Of a stretch of 64,000 bases of DNA, positions 56,551-64,000 are shown piece by piece. Origin of the DNA: the human T2T-CHM13v2.0 reference genome, Homo sapiens. Location: NCBI RefSeq assembly GCF_009914755.1, contig NC_060934.1; one strand, written 5' to 3'. Under the pieces are notes generated by a model, which saw only the letters and a list, made by a program, of their open reading frames with translations, ran no database searches and was not told the DNA's origin. Position 1 is the stretch's first letter. Each line of letters opens with the position of its first letter. The position numbers were made by a program, and so were the translations under genes.

Positions 56551-57747
56551 ATAGATCTTTTTCAAGGCTTTGTTTCTTGGGGCAGCCCTTGGCTAAATGC
56601 TTTAGCTTAAACGACAGCATTCCTAATGTGAGTTGCAGCCAGTTTCTGAGTTCCTGGACGGAGATTTTACTTTGGATATTACTGTTGGACACAATAGAGT
56701 TTTTTCTCCCCTAAAATAGAATAAGCTGCAACATTATCTGTAGAGTGGGAGGGGGAGATTGATTCCCAAAGGAAGCTTGGGTGCATTTTTCCCTGCCATT
56801 ATTCCTAGATATCACCAGCGTGGCCCTGTGCCTGTGTTCATAAGGGTCCTGGGCCTTCACTATCTTCTCTGGGGGACTTGCCTGGAGGCTTTCTCTTAGG
56901 TGGGCTGAAGGCAAATATATTCCGAGGTCCTCCAGGTAGCTACCAATCATCCAAGGGGCCATGCCATGCTAGGGCCCTGGGACAGGGTACCCTGTCGAGG
57001 ATGGGGTGAACAGCTAGGACTTGGATACTGATTGAGTGTGGCACTGCAGGTGAACATCAGATCAAGGTCAGTGGATTCTGGGTTGCTCTTCCATCGACCC
57101 TCCCATTCCCATCCCTGTGTTTCTTTCCACTGTCTACAGCCTGTTTCTGTGGCTAGATTTTTGGTTGCCTAGGAAACAACTTTATTCTGAAACATGATTG
57201 GCTGTTCTTGCAGATGGATTACCCAAGCTAGGGCAGTGTTCTGGGGTAAGCAAGTGATGCTGAACAATTCTGTTTCTTCCCTTTAAGATTAATGGTGAGG
57301 ACTTAGGCATTGTAAGCAATTGTTCTGTGAAAACCAATTGTTCATGGACTGATGCTTTGTTTCAGGTTGGACAGGGGTTTAGGGGAGACTGGTTGGCCAC
57401 AAAGAACTGACTGAGTCAGAACTGCTCACACACATCTATCCTGTGTTGGAAGCAGTAGCTCAGATGACATTTCTGTTTATATTTACAAATTCACTTTAGC
57501 AGTTGTTTCTGGAGTGCAGGTGTGTGCTGTTTAAACGCCATTGCCAAATATGGAAACAGCTGGATGCTGCAGTGTTGAAGCCAGGAGTGAAAAGCCCAGT
57601 GAGCAGGCTCAGATTCAGCAGAAACTCTTGTGTACCATGTCTGTGTGCTAGGTTTTTTTCATTATAGAAATAATTATATCCCTTAATCCTGCAAGGTGGG
57701 TGACTTCTATAGATAAGGAAACTGAGTCCTCTGGATGGTTTAAATTA

Positions 57748-57931
57748 AGGGAGCAGTAAACTTTCTGTAAAAGACCTCATAGTACATATTTTAGGCTTTC
57801 TGGGCCATTCCGTCTTTGTGCAGCATCTCTGCTGTTACAGTTCAAAAGCAGCCAGAGACAACATGTAAATCCATGTTCCAGTAGAGTTTTAGTTGTAAAA
57901 ACAGACTGCAGGTTGTAGTTTGCTGATTCCT
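57748..57931. mobile_element. MER58A-like hAT fossil
   Basis: aaactttctgtaaa...atagta.atattttaggcttt..gggcca...aaagcagcca.agacaa...gtagtttgctga..cctg. Confidence 0.7.
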
Positions 57932-58099
57932 GGTTATACGGATGATTGGTACAGGGCTCAGACCTATGTCCCCTTTGGCCTGGGCAATCTTTGTTTTCTG
58001 TTCTCTCTCTCTAAGACATCTCATTTATGCTCATGGACTTAAATAATATGTGCCGATAATGCCCCAATTTATAGCCTTCCCTCTCATCTGAGCACTGTA

Positions 58100-58397
<298 letters not shown>

Positions 58398-58609
58398 TAA
58401 TTCAATAGTTTACTTCATATCTCCTCTTGGATTTCTCCTGGATAGCTCAGGCTCAACATGTCCAACGTAGAACTCTGATGACCATCTTCCTCTTAAAACA
58501 AAAACAAATGTGCATTCAAATGAACCCAGCCCCACCCCCATCTTCCTCATCTCAACACCTGGGACCTTATTCACCCAGGTGCTCAAACCAGAAACCTGAT
58601 GACCAAGTC

Positions 58610-58950
58610 TTTTTTTTTTTTTTTTTTTTTTTTTTTGAGGTGGAGTCTCACTCTGCCCCCCAGGCTGGAGTGAAGTGGCATGATCTGGGCCACATTGCAG
58701 CCTCCGTCTCCTGGGTTCAAGCGATTCTCCTGCCTCAGCCTCCCAAGTAGCTGGAAATACAGGTGCACGCCACTGTGCCCAGCTAATTTTTGTATTTTTA
58801 GTAGAGACGGGGTTTTAATTTTGTATTTTCAGTAGAGACGGGGTTTCATCATGTTGGCCAGGCTGGTCTCGAACTCCTGACCTCAAATGGTATGCCTGCC
58901 TCAGCCTCCTGAAGTGCTGGGATCACAGGCGTGAGCCACTGTGCCTGACC
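58610..58950 (-). mobile_element. Alu (S-type) with internal duplication of about 32 bp
   Basis: TSD-like tgat...caagtctt. Confidence 0.93.
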
Positions 58951-59360
58951 ATGATAATCAAGTCTTATCTTCACTTTTCCCTCACCTCTCTTCTTTCTAG
59001 AACGGTCCATGTCATTGGACTTCCATGGTTAAAACCTGTATCTGCTTCCCATTGCTTTTAGTCTAAAATCCAAATCCCTTGCTAGCGCCTCCAGGCCCTG
59101 CCACCTGGCTCCCGCCGCTCCTCCCCTCGCCTGATGTTCACCAGGATCTGGTCGCCTGTCAGTTCTTTGAACACACAACACCGTCCAGCCTCAGAGACTT
59201 AGCACACTCCATCCACTCCCCTCAGCGGGCATCTTCTGCTCCGTCCCTTGGCTGGTCTCTTTTTTCCTGTCTTTATCTCCTTCCACCCAAGGAAGTTGCT
59301 GGCTGGGTAGACCAGGAGTCTGCTGCAAGCACTGCAGGGCTTGTGAGGAGGCTGGTGTGT

Positions 59361-59420
59361 GGCTGTGAGCAGTAGATTAGGGGCCGTGAGCAATAGATTA
59401 GGGGCCGTGAGCAATAGATT
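59361..59420. repeat. 21-bp tandem repeat, about 2.9 copies (GGCCGTGAGCAATAGATTAGG)
   Basis: Units at 59361, 59382 and 59403. Confidence 0.93.
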
Positions 59421-62400
59421 TCCTTTGTTCCTGCATTCTTAGCCCTTACAAAGGAAAGCAGTGGGCCTTTTAAAAAGGAAGGTGGGTCTTTTGTACAGTG
59501 CACCCCATGGCTGTGCAATAAATCCGGTGGGGGTGGTGGGCCTCCCCGCAGGTTTTGTACCTGTCTGCCTCCTTATTCAGAAGGACTTGTTTCCTCTGAG
59601 TTTCTGCTTTTGCCTTTTCGTCTGCTTTCTCCTTAAATGGAAGTGGATGGATGCAGCTCTTCATGCCTAAAACAGAAGCCTTGGGCTCTGGGCAGAGCAG
59701 TGGGGGCCGAGGTAGGGGGGTGGAGGTAGGGTGGGGTGGCCCCTCTGCTCAGGGTTTCCCGGAGCCCTACTGACAGGCAGTCACAGTGGCTCTGTGTCCT
59801 TATGGGGCCGAGAACTCAGGCCAGCTGCTGGGCCAAGTTTACCATCAACATTCCAGCTTCACTTACTCCAAGGTGTTTGTGGAGTTCCAGAGTCTGCGGA
59901 TGTTAGAACTGGAAACATCAGGATTTTAGAAATAACAGAGGGTTTAAATCCCCCAGCACTTCATTTGTGAAATATGACTTAGGCCTTTCCGGCTAGTCAT
60001 TATTCAAAATAAGTCAGGTAGTCATTTTAATCTTTTCCCTTTAACTTTCAATGTGCTAAAAGAAAATGTTTGTAGGTGGACGTATCATTTGGTAAACTCA
60101 AATCAGAGGCCTCTTCCCACGTGGTGAAACAGCTTAGATTGCAAATTCTTTGTCCCATGAGGAAATGCAATGGATGGTTAATTTGGGAATAAAAATGAGC
60201 CTCCTTGGGCCCTTGGCCAGGCCCTTCCATGAGTCTTATTAGCCTTGTGTCTTTGCTCTGAAGTATTTTTTTCTTTTCTGTCTCCATACATCTCCTTGGG
60301 GATGTTCTAGAGGTCAGTTCCAAGGAAGGTGGGTGTTTACTGTGTTCAGCCCAAGTGGAAAATAGCTGTAGCCATCTTCAGAGAAAGCTGACCCCTCCTG
60401 AGGACCAGCAAGCCCAGAGGTGGTTGGACAAACATGTGGGCTCTCGGTACCTGACACCTGTTGAGACTGGCCTGAGTTAAAACCATCCAAGCCTAAATGT
60501 GGAGCCCTAGAGATGAGCTAGATTGTACTCAAGGCTGCAGGGATATGACCCATGACTCCTGGGGCCTTAATTTTATGTTTTGACTCGTGGTTACAGCAGG
60601 CTATTGGTCTAGGTTGAAGCTTGACATTTAGAAAATACCTGGGCTGCTTTCCGTCTACTGCTGGGTGACAGAATCAGGCAGGGGAGGGCACAGCCTGTTG
60701 TTGCTGCCCACCCAGGAGGAGCTGAGTTTGCTGCAGCAGTCCTGTGCCAGCACCACCCTTCCTGGGGCTCAGATCTGGGTCTCTGTACTTGAGAAGCAGC
60801 CCACATTCCAAGGGGCTCCAGCCTCTCACGGTGACTCCTCTGTGCCACTTATCCAGGCCCCTGGTGGAAGCTGCACATTGTTCATTGTTCTGCGTTAAAG
60901 GGAGGCGCCTACAGTGGTCTGGAAGTATTTTCCCTCCAGGAAGAAGGCGGGAGAGGTTGGCTTTATTAACTTTACTTTAGGGAAAACATCTGCGCACATT
61001 TAGATCCTGCATGGAACTTCCCAGCTGAGCCTCTTTCAGAAGAGGATCCTGTGACTGCCCATTGCCTTTCATGAATGGCCCTAAGACGCCGTCCTGGGGC
61101 GCAGGGCTGCTGGGGGAGTGAGGAGCATCCCTCACAGCACCAGGCTCTTGTGGGAGGAGGAAGAGCCAGGAGTGCACAGAGGGTGAGCAAGAGCAGACGG
61201 GGAGGGCAGGGGGTGAGGGGCAGGCTGTCCCTTTGGCATTCTGGCCTGTGTGTGAGAGCGCTGAGTTTGGACCCCCAAACCTGTGACTAGCGGAGTTTGT
61301 GTGAGCAGGCGAAGGCTTGTGACCAGGAGCCTGGGGCCTAAAGAGGTGTTTCTGGGCAGAGCTGTACCCAGAACATCCTCAGACAGGTTTTGCCTGTGGC
61401 CTCAGCTTGGGTACCTTTGGTTGCAAGTAGAAAAAAACCAATTCAAACTGACTTAGAGAAAAGAGGGCATATATCGCCTGTGCCTGACAGGTGAGATTCC
61501 TACAGGGGTAATTGCTAGGATGGCTTTAGAGAAATGTGCCCTCCTCACCCCAGACAACCCCAAAAAGTCCAAAGCATCAGAGTTTTTGGGTTTTAGAATC
61601 ACCTTTGATCTAGAACAGCTGACTTACTCCTGTGGCTTCCTGGGGCTGCCTCATCCTCTCTGCAACCTCCTTGGCAGACATACTGGCTTCCAGCTGCTGG
61701 GGAAGTTTGTGCCCCAGCCTCAGTGACCCAGAGCCAGGCTGGGGTCTGAAAAGAGAGCGGGGCTCCACGCCCTGGGCTTTGGCTTGGCCCACGAATGCCC
61801 CTTAACAGCTCAGATCAGTCTCCTGCCCTAACTGGGGAGGCTGTGGGAGGCAACCTGCTCCTGGGCAACTTCCAGATCTGGCACTTGTCACGAGCATCTT
61901 TACGTGCCAGGGCACAGCCTAAGAGAAGTGACACGAGACACAGAAGAGGCAAGAGGCTGGAGGAGTGTGGTCATATGTGGCACTGTGTTCCCAGGAGCCC
62001 TGCTGCTGATGGCCCTGGGGTCAGTGGGGAAGAGCACCAGGCAAGAAAGGAAAACATGTCTGTGGAAGGTGGTCCTTTGCCTGCCCTGCGAGATGAGGGG
62101 AAGCAGGACTTCAGGAGCCAGAGGTCTTCCTTCTTCATGTCCTTCCTGCCCAGCCTTTCTGGTAACAGATAAGGGAAGAGCATGGCTGAGCCTGCTATGG
62201 AGCACACACCATGAAAGCCAGCCCCTCTCTGGGGGCACAGCTCTTACCCTCCAGCCCCATGCACGTTCCAGGCTCCATGACCTGGGGCCAGCAGCCACCT
62301 GCTCCCATAGACAGGGAAGTGGGCTAGGCTGGGCTGGGCTGAGCCAAGCCAAGCCTAGGCTGCGGCCAGCGGAGCTCTTCTGCCCGCCTCCTCTCTCCCT

Positions 62401-62968
62401 TTGTGGGATGGGACTGTCCCTTTTGTCCTGGTCATGCCACAGGGCTCGGTGGACTGTCCAAGGGTTCTTTGTCCTGATTGTAGTTTCTCCATTTCCTCTT
62501 TGTTTTTCCACTGGGTGCAACTATCAGTCCATATCTGTGACCTGCATATTTTACCTGGACCAACAAGACAGGTGGCCTAGGGGCTGAGGGTGTGCCTGGT
62601 AAACTCAGCCAGCACTCCCAAGATAGAGCCTGCCCAGATCAGCCTTAGCCAGCGATCTCTGCTGTTAAGAACAGTGCAACGCTTTGGCAATACCTCCCAG
62701 AAAAATAGCTAGTGGGCAATGGCACTGGCTCAGCGCAGACCTGCCCTAGGTTTCTGGGCACATGACAGTGCCCACTCGCTCCATGGGCTTGAGAAGACTG
62801 GCATTCAGGGCCTCATTTATGATGTCGGTGAAATGGAATTAACCTCCCACCCGTGTCTCCCTCTCTGTTGCTAAAGAATTCTGTAGGTAAGAAAGAGAAT
62901 GCATAAAGCGTTTAGGGAACCAGGAGAAGAATTGGTGCATAAAACGTTCGTGAAACACTATGCTCCTG

Positions 62969-63320
62969 TTTTTTTTTAAATTGAGAAATAAAAATTCCAT
63001 TGTAGAATGGCTAAATCAAGCTAATTAATGTATTACCTCCCCTCCTTTTTGTGTGTGTAGAATACACTTAAAATCTACTCTGTTACCAATTTTCAAGTAT
63101 ATAGCACATTGTTATTGACTAGATAGAGTCACTAAGTTGTACAATAGATCTAACTGTTGAACTAACCAGTAGTTGAACTAATTTCTCTTAGCTGACTGAA
63201 GTTTTGTGCCTTTGACCAACATCTCTCCCCCATGTCCCAGCCTCTGGTAAACAGCATTCTACTCTCTGCTTCTATGAATTTGGCTTTATTTCAGATTCCC
63301 CATGAAAAGGCGATCACTGT
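62969..63320 (-). mobile_element. Old L1 (L1MA-like) 3' end fragment
   Basis: gaatggctaaatcaagctaattaa...cttaaaatctactct...cagcctctggtaa.cagcattctactctctgcttctatgaa...cagattcc. Confidence 0.8.
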
Positions 63321-63327
63321 GGGTTTC

Positions 63328-63624
63328 ATTTATTTTTAAATTTTATTTACTTATTTTGAGATAGGGTCTTATTCTGTTGCCCAGGCTGGAGTGCAGTGGC
63401 ACAGTCATGGCTCACTGCTGCTTCAACCTCCCCAGGCTCAGATGATCCTCCCATCTCAGCCTCCCTAGTAGCTGGGACACCCCTGGCTAATTTTTGTATT
63501 TTTTATAGAGATGAGGTTTCTGCCATGTTGCCCAGGCTGGTCTCTAACTCCAGAGGTCAAGCAATTCTCCTGCCTTGGCCTCCCAAAGTGCTGGGATTAC
63601 AGGCATGAGTCACTGCACCTGGCC
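63328..63624 (-). mobile_element. AluJ
   Basis: Antisense Alu with (TTTA)-type tail. Confidence 0.92.
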
Positions 63625-63687
63625 TGACTTTGTATTTTAAATACAGCATAATTCTTGGTGAAGAAAAACACTGAAACACTGATGCAT

Positions 63688-63758
63688 TGTGGAAAAGGAT
63701 ACATTAGTTAATGTGGGAAAGGATACATTGGTTAATATGGGAAAGGATACATTAGTTA
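63688..63758. repeat. 24-bp tandem repeat, about 3 copies (GTGGGAAAGGATACATTAGTTAAT)
   Basis: Also visible as the KDTLVN repeat in ORF 63689..63910. Confidence 0.93.
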
Positions 63759-64000
63759 TCACTCCTGAACTGTTTGTAACAACAAGGAAACCCCTTCATT
63801 CCCGTGCTAATCCTCAGAAACAAACCTGCCCAGACCCCGTTCTGTCCAGAATGCAGTTTCTGTTCTTTGTGCTCACTCCTTGGGTTCACATATTGCATTT
63901 CTCGATGTAGGCTCAAAATTATGTGAATTTTTATTTTTCTGGATACTGTTTTTCTTCCACTTCTTCAAATGTGACTATGCTTTCAAAAATTCAGAGCTTA

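Noticed and set aside
61900-62587. 206-aa and 227-aa antiparallel ORFs
   Set aside because: No domain similarity recognised; consistent with chance ORFs in GC-rich intron
59361-63758. Short direct repeats as a CRISPR-like array
   Set aside because: Head-to-tail tandem units with no spacers, no cas genes, human context

Overview
Human (primate) genomic DNA, rich in Alu, MIR, L1 and LTR repeats, lying inside the TACC2 gene on the + strand. I identified the gene by recalling peptide sequence, not by a database search. The window holds two short coding exons of the long isoforms (20937-21062, 126 nt; 31902-32036, 135 nt), both phase 2-2. It also holds two internal CpG-island promoters: one at about 0.95-2.3 kb with a non-coding first exon, and one at about 51.4-52.5 kb with the coding first exon MGGSQSLQPAPASDLNLEASEAM of the short isoform. 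The rest is intron with about 32 Alu copies or fragments, MaLR/ERVL solo LTRs, DNA-transposon fossils and microsatellites. Nearly all ORF-track entries are GC-rich or repeat-derived artefacts. I see no prokaryotic-type system, CRISPR array or RNA gene. Most notable observations: a sense MST LTR with a perfect DUX4 site, TATA-like box and splice donor (candidate alternative TACC2 promoter); a roughly 265-bp insertion apparently copied from one Alu locus into another 5.8 kb away; an N-myristoylation motif on the short isoform; and a 21-bp tandem repeat plus uORFs in its leader.
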